Shown here: piece by piece, positions 48,445 to 61,187 of the stretch | How positions within the stretch are numbered: the first letter of the stretch is position 1 | How the letters are laid out: every line of letters begins with the position of its first letter | Assembly (NCBI GenBank): GCA_010909165.1 | Contig: MU008224.1 | Span: 113,098 to 177,097, forward strand | Length of the DNA: 64,000 nucleotides | Reading direction: 5' to 3' | Source: Anthoceros angustus | Lineage: Eukaryota > Plantae > Anthocerotophyta | Translations under genes and position numbers: made by a program | Notes under the pieces: generated by a model | What the model was told of the DNA's origin: nothing | What the model saw: the letters and a program-made list of their open reading frames with translations, nothing else | Database searches by the model: none

Positions 48445-50491
48445 TCAAGGGGAAGGATCGTAGAAACCAGCCATCAAAGCAATCACAGTCCAGAACATGA
48501 GAAATGCAAGGATGATAGAAATAATGGCGGAATTAAACCTCCGTGAATCACCCTCGTCATATAGCCCAACTTCCTCCTCTCCGTGCGTTGGCTCTATGAT
48601 GTGGCTCTGAGCTTCCATGGAAGAACCTGTGGAGCAGATTGTGCAGCAGCAACTCCCACCTACCAGCAGAGGGACTCGCTCCACCCCACCCATGCGCTCC
48701 ACAAGAAGGCTCAGATAATTGTCACCTTCCATGTGTATCTTTCGACGGGTTACTGGCTTGAGCACCTGCTGTGCCAGGAACAAGAACCTCATTACAACTG
48801 GTCTTCGTTGACAGGAATGCATAGGAAGAAAAGCGAGAACAGCACCTGAATCACTGCGTTGGCAATCACTTTGACAACGGCTGGGAGATTGATGACAAAC
48901 AGAGTTGCGAGCCGAGTGGGATAATGCTCTTGCACAAGAAGAGAGCAAGACTTCATCATGCCGACAGGAAACCCTATGGCAGGTGTTCCGTCGCAATCCA
49001 TGATGACAGTTACCCTGGGATCGTTTTTATGGAGAAGATGTAAGATTCCGTATTCCACCTGAGAAACTGGGAACAGTAAGGGCGAGGATCTGTTAGACGG
49101 CTTCACACCATAATGCTACCTATCGGCATGCTGGACCCGGAAACGTCCAACTGTGATCTTCATCAAGGAACAAGACCCCAAAAAAGCGTAAGCCATCACT
49201 AACATCTCCTATGGAGAGAAGACCCGGAACACAGGACAGTCAAGATGCAGGCACAACAGAAAAATACCCACTGCCTGAGCAAAGCGAGGCCGATCATCCG
49301 CATTCAAGGTAGAATATGCCTGACCAAGCCGAATCACCAACACCGGCCTCGACTCAGTGTCACGGTCATGCCAATACACAAGACTTGACCATGCATCTAA
49401 CTCCCGGGGTGACAGAAAGTAATATCTTTCACGCCATCTCAAGGTCTTCTTGACAACTTGAGGAAATCGTTCAAGATCGTTGTTTGCTGCCACCAAAAAC
49501 CGCTCCAACTCATCATCATCCAACCTGCAAATGTGATCCCTGTTCAATTGAGAAGGAATAAACACTCCCCCGCATCTGAGACCTAAATCCAGAGCACCCA
49601 TCCCAAATGAGACAAAAGTACACGAACCTCTCTGTCAAAGAAACTCCCTCCTCCTCTAGGACATGCTTCAAAGCTTCAAGTTCCTTGGAGCATTTGTGTT
49701 TTCCCGAACTGCTTTCCACTTGCCATCCACTGCTATCAATTGCACCGGGCTCTTGTCAGGAAACCGAAAGTCCGCTTACAAAACATCAAACACCATCCTT
49801 GTAAAAATGGACAGCATTTCTCAATATAGGGAGTGCCTCTGCTTGTCACCATCAACACAAATGGCACGTGGGCAAAGTAGTCGACATAAAACTGCATCAA
49901 GAAAGAACACAACAAGAACCAGTGCTTCTACGACCTCACAAAGATTGCCCACGCTCCTTCACCCGTGGGATAGACGTATAAGCTGAAACACGAGGCAGAT
50001 AGGAAGCAGAGCATACCTCTCCTCTGTTTTCACGTCCGTAGGACGAGTGACGCCTCGCTGTTCATCAGAAGAGCCTGTGAAAGTAGTAGCGATAGAAAGA
50101 AAGAGCATAGGTTTCGACAGTCCCTGCAAACAGCAGATCGACGCCCTTAGAGCATAGGTTTCGACAGTCCCAGCAGCAGCACATCAACTCAACACCGGAG
50201 TCATCCTAAGGGGCTAACTGTTGTGCAACCAGAGAACGTGTTTCAGGAGGCACCACACTCCAAGAGCTGAAATATCGCAACCTAGCTCATCGGATGCTCC
50301 ACACCACAAACCTGCGTGCATTCTGTCAAACGTCGCACATGCTGCCATTTCTGCAGCCACTTCAAGGGCGGTGTTTGCAACAACGAAATTCCCTGCAACC
50401 CCCACCACAGGGGTCGGCACTTCGCATTGGAGCCCCGTCTCAGGACCTCCAAGGCAACCACTTTTGCAAGAAACAAGAGCGCCTGCTCCAT
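48445..50491 (-). CDS. CRAL-TRIO / Sec14-like lipid-binding protein with a C-terminal hydrophobic tail
   Basis: Multi-exon (exon 1 50491-50312, exon 2 50123-50017, four or more downstream). Motifs FLAKVVALE..RR, PPLKWLQ, DELERFL.A..KKTLRWR, YWHDRD..RPVLVIRLG, QEHYPTRLATLFVINLP, VPLLVGGSC.C..C. Confidence 0.87.
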
Positions 50492-50887
50492 GGCCGCTCA
50501 TCCGCGAGCGCCCACCTCAAAGGAGCCCATTCTGAATCTCCCCGTCCGTATCGGACCAAGCCAAGCCCCTGGCCCCCGGGATCCGCTTAGGTCGAAGAAG
50601 CCCCACCTGCTTCAAACTGCGAAAGCCTTCCTCCTTCTCGCGTTCCAAGGCAATTGAGAGACGACCAACCTGGACTAGACTATGCCCCGATCATCCTCCG
50701 ACTATGCAGTATGCACCGAGCAACCACGCTCACATTCCTCTCCGGCCCACGTGCGCCAACTACGGGCCACCACATCAGCAGTCTGCCGACTCACCGTCCC
50801 ATTGCCAGCCTGCAGTGCAAGTCACAGGGAGCATGTTGATACATCTTGACAAACCTATGCACATACCTCGTCTAGCATACGTACGTA

Positions 50888-51090
50888 CGTACATACATAC
50901 ATACATACATACATACATACATACATACATACATACATACATACATACATACATACATACATACATACATACATACATACATACATACATACATACATAC
51001 ATACATACATACATACATACATACATACATACATACATACATACATACATACATACATACATACATACATACATACATACATACATACAT
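50888..51090. repeat. (TACA)n microsatellite, followed by a 38-bp tandem duplication at 51154-51229
   Basis: Read directly from the sequence. Confidence 0.97.
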
Positions 51091-51598
51091 GGCCTCGGGC
51101 CCTCTAGAGGGTTGTTCCCCTCGCCCCGGTGTAGCGGTGTAGGTGTAATAGGTGGGACTTCCCATCTCTGCATATTTGTAAGGTCTTCACGGGGACTTCC
51201 CATCTCTGCATATTTGTAAGGTCTTCACGTTGCAGTGCATACATACATACCTCCTGGCCATCTTTTTGTGACACGGAAATGGCGTCACAGGGTTTTGAAA
51301 TGGCTCTCATTCCCGCCAGAACTGGGAACGTATAACACAGAGAGAGGATCAGGTAGATTGGAGGATTTCTTGAGCATGATGTTTCGCAACCAATGTTACA
51401 AGAGCAACCGAGGTGGAACTCGTTGGACTTATTTGTGGGACCTCAAGAGGAGGATCAAACGCGCGGAGGCCCGGATGAGGATCAGAAAACAAACACAAGA
51501 CCTGCTCAATGTGCGGAACATGGTTGGAGGAGCCCCATTTCCTGCTGCACGTCTCGGAAGGTCGGTTGGCGGAGCCGTTGGATCCGCACAGCTTCGAG

Positions 51599-52809
51599 AT
51601 GACGTCTTCGTTGTGGAGCACACTGCCCCAGGAGTGTCTCGACAAAATTCTGGCCAGGCTGCCCTTTGGCAGTCGCGTTCGCTTCTCCGTCGTTTCCAAG
51701 ACCTGGCTGTCCCTTTTGTCATCCTCCGATTTCAAGCGCTTGGGTGCTTCTGAGGGGCCTCTACCTATACTTCCGATCTGCAGCCTGGAGTACCAGCCTG
51801 GCAAGCTTGCTCCTTGCAAGCCGCGCGTTTCCGATTTCGGAAGGCTGTCAGAAATCCGGCAGCTGGAGGTGCTCAAGGTCGGCTTGTCCTTTCTTCCTCC
51901 CAAATTCCAGGCTTTCCATTCCTCAGAGTACGTTGCGCAGGACGACTTGGTTTGCATCTTCAAGCTTGACAGATACAAAAAGCCGGAAAAACCAAAGGTT
52001 GGAAAACGCTAGGCTGAAATTCAGCGTCCCGAGAAGGGGCTAATTAACTTATTCACATAGCGCTGGAGTCGGGGATGAGGATGGGGGTGCGGACGATGAG
52101 GATGGGGAATGCGGAAAAAGAAACCAACTGTTAGCATCTACAGGTCCAAGGATAACAGCTGGAAACCTGACTAAGCCACTTGCGTTTCCCGGCATGTGTT
52201 CCGATGGCGATGACCCAAACTGGCCTCAGTATGTGTTGCGCAAAGGTGGACTGTGCACAGCAGAGGAAGACAACACCCACAGTCTCGAAAGTGGTCGAGT
52301 TGTTTGGAATGGGAGCTGGTTTGACGGAAGTGTTGACGAAGATGAGGATACGGAGCCAAGAGTTACGCGCAAAGTCTTTGCGTGGCAGGGAAAATGTTCT
52401 GCTTCGAACAAGGCTTCGAGGAGGACACGGTGGATTTGGGGTTTTGGAGATGGAAAGGAGCACCTAGGTCTGGCGGAAGGTATCTTTTTTGCCTGAGCAT
52501 TTGCAGGAACTTCTCTTGGAATCTGTGAAGTGCCGCCCGAGGAAAGACCGAAAGTTGGTGTTGAAGTTGATGAAGATGAAGGCGAAGGCGAAGCGGATGA
52601 TCACCTTGGATGGAGCAACCTTGTTGGGTGATACAATGCACTTCACTATTGGTATTGGCTTTGAGAAGAACCATAAACTCCGTTTGTGCAAGCACGTGGT
52701 GGGATACAACATTCCGGACAATACATGGACTCTTATTTGCCAAGGCGTGCACAGATTCTTCTGCAGCAATTGGTACCATCTCTTCCGACCGAGTGATGTC
52801 ATTGTTTAA
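51599..52809 (+). pseudogene. F-box protein, probably a pseudogene
   Basis: F-box motif LWSTLPQECLDKILARLP...RFSVVSKTWLSLL, stop at 52012. Downstream broken frames include VGYNIPDNTW. Confidence 0.75.
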
Positions 52810-53462
52810 GAAGTGCCCGTTTCCATGTTCAAATCTGTCAAGTGTGCATTCAAGCAGCTAAGCACATGCTGCTAGAAGCTCTGACCAAGTCTGTAGTTGA
52901 GTTGGTTCGGTAGAACCTCGAACTGGAGAGAAGCAGCCGAAAGTGTCCAGAAGGCTGCCGATCGTTTCCTGCGAAAAAGCCTCAAGCATTCATGGTTGAG
53001 AACTTGAGAAGTCAAGAATACTAGATCCTGAACCTTCCTTGAACTTTGCCCACGTAGTGTTCCAAGATTCCAAGTGTCCAATCAGTGAACACAACTATTG
53101 TTCCAACATTCCGATAGAATTGTCCAGAAGAAGTTCAGCTGATACATCCCGTTTGAAGCCAAGCGTCTCGTGCATAGGTTCATCTGCCGCAATTCGTACC
53201 ATCTCTTCCGACCGAGTGATGTCGTTGTTTGAGAAGGACCCGTTTCCATGTTGAAATCTGTCAAGTGTGTATTCAAGCTGTTAAGTTTCTGCTGTTAGAC
53301 GCACTGTCCAAGTTTGTAATTGAGTTGATTCGGTAGAACCTCAGACATGAGGGAAGCAGCCGGAAGTGTCCAGAAGGCTGCCAGTTGCTTCCTTCAAAAA
53401 GAGCTGCCAATTGTTTCCTTCAACAATATTTGAAGCAATCATGGTTGAGAACTTGAGAAGCA
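52705..53462. repeat. Diverged ~420 bp tandem duplication of the F-box 3' region
   Basis: gtaccatctcttccgaccgagtgatgtc..aaatctgtcaagtgtg at ~52773 and ~53196. Confidence 0.85.
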
Positions 53463-53980
53463 CAACAGTGCTATCCACCACTTTCCTTCAACCTTGCGTA
53501 CGCAGTGAATGGCAGGCTCCAGCTGCCTATGCTGGAAGTCGTCTTCCAAGATTTCAATAGAATCGGCCACAAGAAAGTGCATCTGATGCATCCTGTTTGA
53601 AGCCAAACATATCACGTGTTGGGTGTCAAGTGAAGGTAAGCACAACCCAGAGCGCCGACAAGGCACTTCACAATGTGATATGCCAACAAGTGTTTGGACT
53701 CGGTCCGAAGCCTTCAGCATGTCCATGCCTTCTATCAGGCAGCCACCAGAGTAAACCATATAAATATGCTATATGTATGACATTGTATGTTGCTTGTGGC
53801 TTCCTTTCTTCCAGTAAGGGCGGGGAATTGGTAGCTTTCCCCCAGTTTTGCCAAATTGTCCACAGATAACTTTTGAAGCAGGCTGCCGGGCCGTCATTCT
53901 GGAAGTGTGGTCACGCTCTCCGGGAATTCCAAGCATGTTCGACTCGCTACGTGCGCCGCGAGGGGAAAGGGCTTGAAGGG

Positions 53981-56509
53981 ATGGACTCCAAGTGTGGTGC
54001 AGACGGTGTGCAAGTGGAGGGAGCTTTCATAGGAGTTGGCTGCAACAGAATAGTTGGCGCCGCAGCATGGGGTCCTTCAGGGCTCGTTGCATTTGGGGCT
54101 CATCATGCTGTTGCTATTCTTGACCCCGAGCAAGCCAAAATTTTGCTGACTCTTCCTGGTCACCATGACCTAGTGAACTGCGTCGAGTGGCTTCCTCGTT
54201 ATTCTTGTCAGATAGAGGAGCATGGTGAACTGTTGTTGCTAACTGGAAGCGCCGATGGGGCCATAATCGTGTGGGGCTATAAGCCCTTGGAAAGGAAGTG
54301 GAGGCGAGCTTGTGATCTGGGAAAAGCTCATGACAAAGCAGTCACTTGTATCTCTGGCTATGTTTTGTCTCCTTCCACTGCTTTGATAGCCTCCAGCTCA
54401 TCGGATGGAGCTGTGCGAGTTTGGTTGCTGGTACGGACTCCAGCATGCTCTATGTCTTTGCTTCAGAGTATTAGAATTGGCTCCAGGTCAATTGTGGCTG
54501 TGGCACTTGCGGCTCTTGTTGGTAGCGAAGGAAATTTTATCTTGGCGTTGGGAGGACTGGACAGCCAGATATATTTGTACGTTGGTAAACCAGCTGGAGG
54601 TTTCTCATTAGCTTGCGAGCTGAAGGGACATCAGGATTGGATTCGGGGCCTTGATTTTTCCTCTCCCATTGCAGAGGAAGAGGGCACTGCTCTTTATCTT
54701 GCCAGTTGCGCACAGGACAAGTTTATCAGAATCTGGAAGATTGTCCCCAGGGATAGGTCGGAGGAGGTGCAAGCGCCAAGAGTCAGTCTGAAAACATATA
54801 TTGATGGACCGGTGTTCAGAGTCGATGAAGAAACGTACCAAACGTCTGCAGAATCTGTTCTCGCAGGTCACGAAGACTGGGTTTACTCTGTCCGCTGGAA
54901 ACCCCCAGTGCAAGGTGATAGAGGAAGCGTGAGCCAGTCTATGTGTGTGTTATCGGCCTCCATGGATCGGACCATGATGATATGGACACCCGTGTCCAAA
55001 TCTGGAATATGGTTGAATGATGTTAATGTCGGGGAGCTTGCGCATACAGCTCTAGGGTTCTATTCCGGCTTATGGAGTCCACATGGAGACGCAATTCTGG
55101 CTCATGGGTACGGTGGTTCTTTACATCTTTGGAAAGACATCAGTTTACGAGGAGACTGGCAACCTCAGATAGTGCCCTCGGGACATTTTGCTCCGGTTGT
55201 TGACCTGGCCTGGGCCACCACTGATGAGTTTTTGCTTTCTGTAAGTCATGACCAAACTGCTAGAGTATTTGCCTGGTGGAATAGAAGCACATCGAAAGGC
55301 TTATCAACCTCATGTTCGTGGCATGAGATTGCTAGACCGCAGATTCATGGTCATGACTTGAATTGTCTAGCCATAATCAAAGGGAAGGGCAATCACAGAT
55401 ATGTCAGTGGGGCTGAGGAGAAGGTTGCCAGGGTTTTTGAGGCACCTGCAGCATTCTTGGATACTCTCTCTGGTGTTTCAGGGTTAGAAACCTTTACAGA
55501 GTATATCAGGAGGAGTGATGTGTTGGTGCTTGGGGCAAACATGTCTGCTCTGGGCTTGTCTCAAAAGCCAATATATGTGCAAGGCCAGGGTAGACATGGT
55601 GGGGACAACGTGACAGATAGCCTAGATACCATGGGGCCGGTACCTCAGGCAGAACCATGTGTTGTTACACAGCCACCCCTTGAGGAACATTTAGTGCAAA
55701 ACACATTGTGGCCAGAATCCCATAAGCTTTACGGACATGGAAATGAGCTGTTTTCTATGTCCTGCAATTATGCAGGCAGCCTTCTAGCAACAGCTTGCAA
55801 GGCATCAAGTGCAGATTTTGCTGATATTTGGCTGTGGCAAACAGGTTCCTGGAGGCCAACTGGGCGACTTCATTCTCATACGCTAACAGTTACTCAATTG
55901 GAATTTTCGCATGATGACAGATTTCTGCTTTCAGTATCTAGAGACCGTCATCTTTCTGTCTTCCAACTGAACGCATCCCCTGAACAGCTTGACCAGGTCC
56001 CGTACAGGTTGATATTCAGGAAGGAAGCTCATAAGCGAATAATCTGGGCTTGTGCTTGGAGCCATTGTGATAAGATTTTTGCAACTGGTTCACGAGATAA
56101 GTCAGTCAAGGTGTGGACTGTTGAGCAAGCTCAGGAAGTACAAGTGAAACTGGTCACCAGTTTGCCACTCTTCGGGAGCAGTGTCACCAGTCTAGCCTGG
56201 TCCCCAAGTTTGCCCGGTAAGCAAGACCAAGTACTTGCTGTTGGTTTGGAAAGCGGACTCTTAGAATTATGGAAAGGAACATTTGGAAGTTCTGGTGATG
56301 CACCACCGCAAGGTCCCGGGAAGTTTGAGATGAGGTGTTTGATCAGGATTGATGAGCACTTGTGTCATGTAGCAAGTGTCCATCGCTTGGGCTGGAGCAA
56401 TAAGATCGAGGAAACCACTGACGACATGGGCAGGAAAGCAGCTTTATTGAAATTGGCCTCGTGTGGAGCCGATTTTTCTGTTAGGATTCTATACATAGGC
56501 TCCCATTAG
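53981..56509 (+). CDS. ELP2: Elongator complex protein 2 (WD40), intronless, 842 aa
   Basis: GCNR, LKGHQDWIRGL, GHEDWVYSV, WHEIARPQIHGHD, SGAEEKVARVF, LGLSQK, LWPESHKLYGHGNE, HKRIIW. ATG at 53981. Confidence 0.97.
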   Translation: MDSKCGADGVQVEGAFIGVGCNRIVGAAAWGPSGLVAFGAHHAVAILDPEQAKILLTLPGHHDLVNCVEWLPRYSCQIEEHGELLLLTGSADGAIIVWGYKPLERKWRRACDLGKAHDKAVTCISGYVLSPSTALIASSSSDGAVRVWLLVRTPACSMSLLQSIRIGSRSIVAVALAALVGSEGNFILALGGLDSQIYLYVGKPAGGFSLACELKGHQDWIRGLDFSSPIAEEEGTALYLASCAQDKFIRIWKIVPRDRSEEVQAPRVSLKTYIDGPVFRVDEETYQTSAESVLAGHEDWVYSVRWKPPVQGDRGSVSQSMCVLSASMDRTMMIWTPVSKSGIWLNDVNVGELAHTALGFYSGLWSPHGDAILAHGYGGSLHLWKDISLRGDWQPQIVPSGHFAPVVDLAWATTDEFLLSVSHDQTARVFAWWNRSTSKGLSTSCSWHEIARPQIHGHDLNCLAIIKGKGNHRYVSGAEEKVARVFEAPAAFLDTLSGVSGLETFTEYIRRSDVLVLGANMSALGLSQKPIYVQGQGRHGGDNVTDSLDTMGPVPQAEPCVVTQPPLEEHLVQNTLWPESHKLYGHGNELFSMSCNYAGSLLATACKASSADFADIWLWQTGSWRPTGRLHSHTLTVTQLEFSHDDRFLLSVSRDRHLSVFQLNASPEQLDQVPYRLIFRKEAHKRIIWACAWSHCDKIFATGSRDKSVKVWTVEQAQEVQVKLVTSLPLFGSSVTSLAWSPSLPGKQDQVLAVGLESGLLELWKGTFGSSGDAPPQGPGKFEMRCLIRIDEHLCHVASVHRLGWSNKIEETTDDMGRKAALLKLASCGADFSVRILYIGSH

Positions 56510-56695
56510 GGGAGAATTTTGATATGACGACTCCCGGGTTAGCAGAACTCTTTGTGATCGGCTTGTTAGACTAATGTAGAGAGTTGTAGATCAAGCCTTA
56601 GTCTGTCACAGGGACATTGCCGGCATGCTCCCCTCCTCTGTGGACTCAAATATAAGTGGACCAAGTGGACAACGACCACGGTTCGTGCTTACGGT

Positions 56696-58179
56696 TCACT
56701 GCAAGAAGCCATTTTGCTTGAAGCTGTTGATGCAGTCCTGAAACATTGTCCCTAGACTCTTGAATTTGGCGAGGCCCAGCCTTTCAATCTTTTCAGTATT
56801 CAACCGATGAGGAATCTCGTTCCCCTTCTCCTCGAGGTTGGGACTAGAGGCAATACAATTCGGAGCTCATTCCATCGATTCAACCAAATCCCAGCAAAGA
56901 AATCATGGAGCGTCAGGCAGCTACAAACCTGAGAGGAAGTGGGTACTCTGGGTACTGGGTCTTCAGCATTTTCACAACCTCAGCCCAGTGGGCTACTCTT
57001 TCGGAGCAGATATACCGCCCTGATGTTGTAGGCTCTTCATACACAAGCAAATGGGCTGTGACTACGTCATCTATGTGAACAAATCCAATAATTTGGTTCG
57101 GAAACGTCTTGGCCCCACCTGCCAACAAGATTCATGGTTCTTTTAGTGTGCAGAGATCAAGATCGAGCATCCGGATGGCTTGGAATTATGCCGGATACAT
57201 TTTTGAACAGAAGTAACAAACCGCGCAGAAGGTGAAGAACCACGAGAATGGTGCTGGTGGGCATGGGTGGCAGCATGGGGCCAATCACAAAGGATGGGTT
57301 CACGACAACCAAGTCCACATTGTGTGTCCTGGCAAACTCCCATGCTTGCTGCTCGGCCAACGTTTTCGCCAAAGGATACCACAACTGCTCAACAAGCGCA
57401 ACGAAGCATTCGAACAGTGAGAACAGCAGGTACCGTGTGAGGTGCAGGAATCCGCATTGCACCAGCCCAGAAAGTAACCATACGTGATAGTCTCTGCAGT
57501 ATTCGGCGTTACTCCATGTTAATTCATCCAGAGGCGGCTCCTCCGTGCTGCGACCGTAATCGTACCGGATGGCAGAACAGGACGACGTCATGACCACCCT
57601 CTTGACGGAACGGCTCCTGTAGCATGCGCGGAGGACGTTCATGCTGCCCTTGAGGCAAGGATCCAGCAGTTTTGTCTGCATCCCGCTCAACAACCTGAGA
57701 AATTCTCATCAATTTGAAGCGACAATCGCACTTGTCAGTACTGTGCCAGCGTACCGACCTGGGGATCGTCTTTAGGTTCGTACAGAACAGGACTGGCCGT
57801 GTGGAACACGCCGAGCACACCATCCACAGCGGCGTCGAAGCTGCCTTCCTTGAGCAAGTCCGCTTCCAGAATGCGCAGTCGCTCCCGCGCTCCGGGCAGC
57901 TTCCAAAGGAACTCGGTTCGCCTCGTGTTCTCTGCACACGGTGCTTGATAGGATCATAGTGCTTCTAAAATACACAGTCAGGAGAAGAACAGCAATGAGG
58001 CGGCTGCGCTCGCAACCTGCGTGCCGAACTGTGGTGCGCACTGTATAGCCTTTCTTCAGCAGTTCCCTGATGAGGAAGGAAGCGATGTAGCCGGTGCCTC
58101 CCGTCACACACACTTCATGCGCGTCGGGCAGCCCCATGGATGGATGTCGATATGTTGTTGTTGCGGAGGCCCCTTCCAT
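56696..58179 (-). CDS. TKPR2: Tetraketide alpha-pyrone reductase 2-like (CCR/DFR-like NAD(P)-dependent reductase), 6 exons
   Basis: [66 protein letters not shown], with GT-AG introns. The start is 58179 or the next ATG (MGLP). Confidence 0.85.
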
Positions 58180-59280
58180 TCCTCTGCCCAGATTGCTGGC
58201 TTATAAGGGCATTGCACAACGCATGCCGATGCACTGGTTGCCAAACAACATGATGATCAAATTGACGGGCAGCAGAGCTTGAGGTGCGGGTAGTTCGCAA
58301 GGCCACCTAAGTCCCACAACCTTTGTGAGAGGCACCTGGGTCTGCCCTTGGACCGTTGGTCACCGCCGTACGATCTTTGTTCACTGCTAAGTGTGTTGTG
58401 TTAGTCTCCACATTAAATTACGATTCTCAGTAATATGGTCTTCCCAAGGAGTATACTTCCTTTTTCTGACCAATCTATTTTTTAAAATTTAAGCTATTAT
58501 TAAGAATAAAACTAAAACATAATATTTATAATAAAATTTAATTTAATTATAAAATTTTTAATATTTAATTTATATAAAATATGAATTTACTCAATCTATA
58601 TTTTATATATTAATATATTAGTTAAGCATATACTTATATTTTAGGAAATATGGAGACTTTATAAAGAAGAAGAGATGGGAACACCTATCGACCCACAAGA
58701 GGGCCGGAGGCTTAGGGGCCAGCCCCCACTCAATTGATGTACTCAAAATCTTGGCATCTTTGAAGTCCATCATTTCTAAGAACAATCTCAACGTCGGGTG
58801 GCTGTAAATTTTTTGTGCATTTTGCTACAGTCTTATCTACCAAATGCCCCAATTCTCGAAACCTTGTACTTGTACAGTTCATCAATAAACACACGAGTAG
58901 CACCCTCTGAAGTAGAGCCTCTCTACTTCAAGTCTTCTTGCCAAAAAAATTAGATGATAATACAATATAGTGAACAATACATATATAGACCTCAAGGTGT
59001 CTGTACTCATTTGAAAACTAATGATTGGTAAATATGTTAGTAAATACAGTACACTAAATTACATAAAACAGTTCATAGTTTATCATGAGGATGTGAGGAC
59101 AAAGACAACTTTCACACATTGGTAAGACTAAAGCTAGACACAACGAAAGGTCACAGGATCTTGAGGTCGTGAGGAAGAGATAACTTTCATGCATTGAAGG
59201 GCGTCCATAGACAGCCTCACTAATTTGAGAAAGAAGAACTGACATGTACTCTCCCTTGAGCGGACATTCACAGCCCCTCC

Positions 59281-59445
59281 TTTTATAGTCTAGCTTGAAC
59301 AGAAAGGCTCTTGCAAATTTGCTTGCTTTTATAGTCCGGCTAGAACAAGAAGGCTCTTGCAAATTTGCTTGCTTTTATAGTCCGGCTAGCACAGAAAGGC
59401 TCTTGCAAATTTGCTTGCTCTTATAGTCCGGCTAGAACAGAAAGA
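59281..59445. repeat. 46-bp tandem repeat, ~3.6 copies
   Basis: ttttatagtc recurs at 59281, 59327, 59373 and (variant) 59419. Confidence 0.9.
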
Positions 59446-60400
59446 GCCTTTCTGTTCCTTGAGACGATCAAACCTTGAGACGATCTCATGCAGAACATGT
59501 CAAATGCCTGCCCTATCAACTTCTTCTTGTAAGCATCATTGATTCCCATGGTCTGTGTGTTACCCACAACAAACCCCATGGCCGCCTCTCGCTCTTCCAC
59601 AGACAGTTCACCTAGCTCATTTCCAGCACGATCCATAATCATGCCATCACCACCTTGTCTGAAAGCATAAGACTATGGTGTACTCACCAGTGTTGGCCAC
59701 AGCCTCCTTGGCTCACCAACCCTATTTACAGGAAAGAAAGGGAGCTTGTCCATTTCCTTCACAAACTGTAATTGTCTTCCTTCCTGCAATATGTCTGCAA
59801 CATACTTGTCTTGAGCTATTGTTAAGGCCCTATGTTGCTTCAACACTTCCAGGCTTGCTACATTTGTCCAGAAACTGCGGATTCTATGAGCATAAGAACC
59901 ACTCTGTATTGCATCAATGATCAGTTCTTGCCCCAACCAGCTTTGGATCTTCTCGTAGTCATCCCTCACAGACTGTCGCTTGTCAAACCCTGCACACACA
60001 TTCTCAAGTATGTACTAGCACTTTGGGTTGAAGATATGGATCTCCTTCATGATCCGTGCCACTTCAACTGCCGATGATCCATCTCCTTCCCTTTGCAGTC
60101 GGCACTCCCATCCAAAGTATGATCATGTCCACTGGATGCTTGAGAGCTTTAATCTGCCGCCTCCCTACCAACTTGATGTCAATCGGACACGCTGCGACAA
60201 TAAGCATTTTCCGTGCATTAGCAGGAAGACATCTGTGGGCGATTTTGCTAGCGGTCCATCCGAGCGCACACTAAATCCCGTATTGTGTAGTAAGTGGTTC
60301 GATCCCAAAGGAAAGTTTCGTACCTTCACCTTCAATCTACTACTTCTAACTACTTTTGATAGAATTCCGACCTGTCAAATCCCATCGCTAGCGGACCTAC
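59421..60400 (-). pseudogene. Intronless DNMT3-like DNA (cytosine-5)-methyltransferase, degenerate
   Basis: One frame 60113-59421 with two TAG: GWEC (motif IV), YILENV (VI), IIDAIQSGSYAHRIRSFWTN (VIII), EEREAAMGF..G.T (IX), KKLIGQAF (X). A frameshifted PIDIKLV..HPVDMII lies upstream; the 5' limit is approximate. Confidence 0.85.
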
Positions 60401-61187
60401 TCCAGACTCTAAGGCCGAAGGGCCCAGGCTTGCTCGATCGAACTCACGTCCTAGGAAATCCTCAAGGTGGTGGACAACGTCCAACAACCACCGGCACTCA
60501 AGGGCCGCCTCCTAGAAGTGCCTTGGAGATAGGTGCACACGCTTTACTCAGGTCACTGGGCGTCGTGTGATTCGATGGATCAACAACCATGGGAGCGGAA
60601 CCCCATGCATTCGGCTTGCATTCGTCAGGCGCCGTTCCCTTCCCAGTAGACTCCGGGGGTCGAGTATTACAAGCGGTCCGGTAGCTAAAATTCCGTGAGT
60701 CCGGGCAACATCAAGGGAGAGCGCGAGGCCTACCATTAACCTCCTCGCCCTTGCTTTCCTCGACGCCGTTCGTCCTTGTCTAATCCTTCTCTTTCGCCGT
60801 CAAAAGCTTCGTTCAGTGTGTGGCTTCACGTTCGGATGAGGCGTGGCTCCTGCAATACCTCCGTGGCTGCGTCCTCATAAGCAGGGCCGATGCGGGCTTC
60901 TTCCCTCCTTGGCTCCACTGCTCTCGTCGCTAGCTACTACTCCGGTATGCTTAACCCCTCCGCATGCTCACGAGGAAAAGGGGGCATAGTTCTTTAGCAC
61001 TTGCACTCACCACCACGTGTTAGGAGGCTCGTTTCTAGAGCCAGGATGTCCTTCTCCGAGGTAGTTCGCCTGCTCGATGACTTGGATAGCGCATCCACAC
61101 TCCGCGGAGCGCAGTCCAATGAGTCCTCCCTTCCCTGTACTTGTGGAGGCTACCATTCTCCTGGCGCCTGGGGCCCGGCAACCTAGG

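Noticed and set aside
53873-53980. N-terminal extension of ELP2 in the ORF track (likewise SPF30 8898-8957)
   Set aside because: These begin at non-ATG codons; the eukaryotic ATG starts are 53981 and 8897.
59281-59445. CRISPR-like appearance of short periodic repeats (also 21525-21690)
   Set aside because: Contiguous tandem units without unique spacers, no cas genes, and a eukaryotic context.
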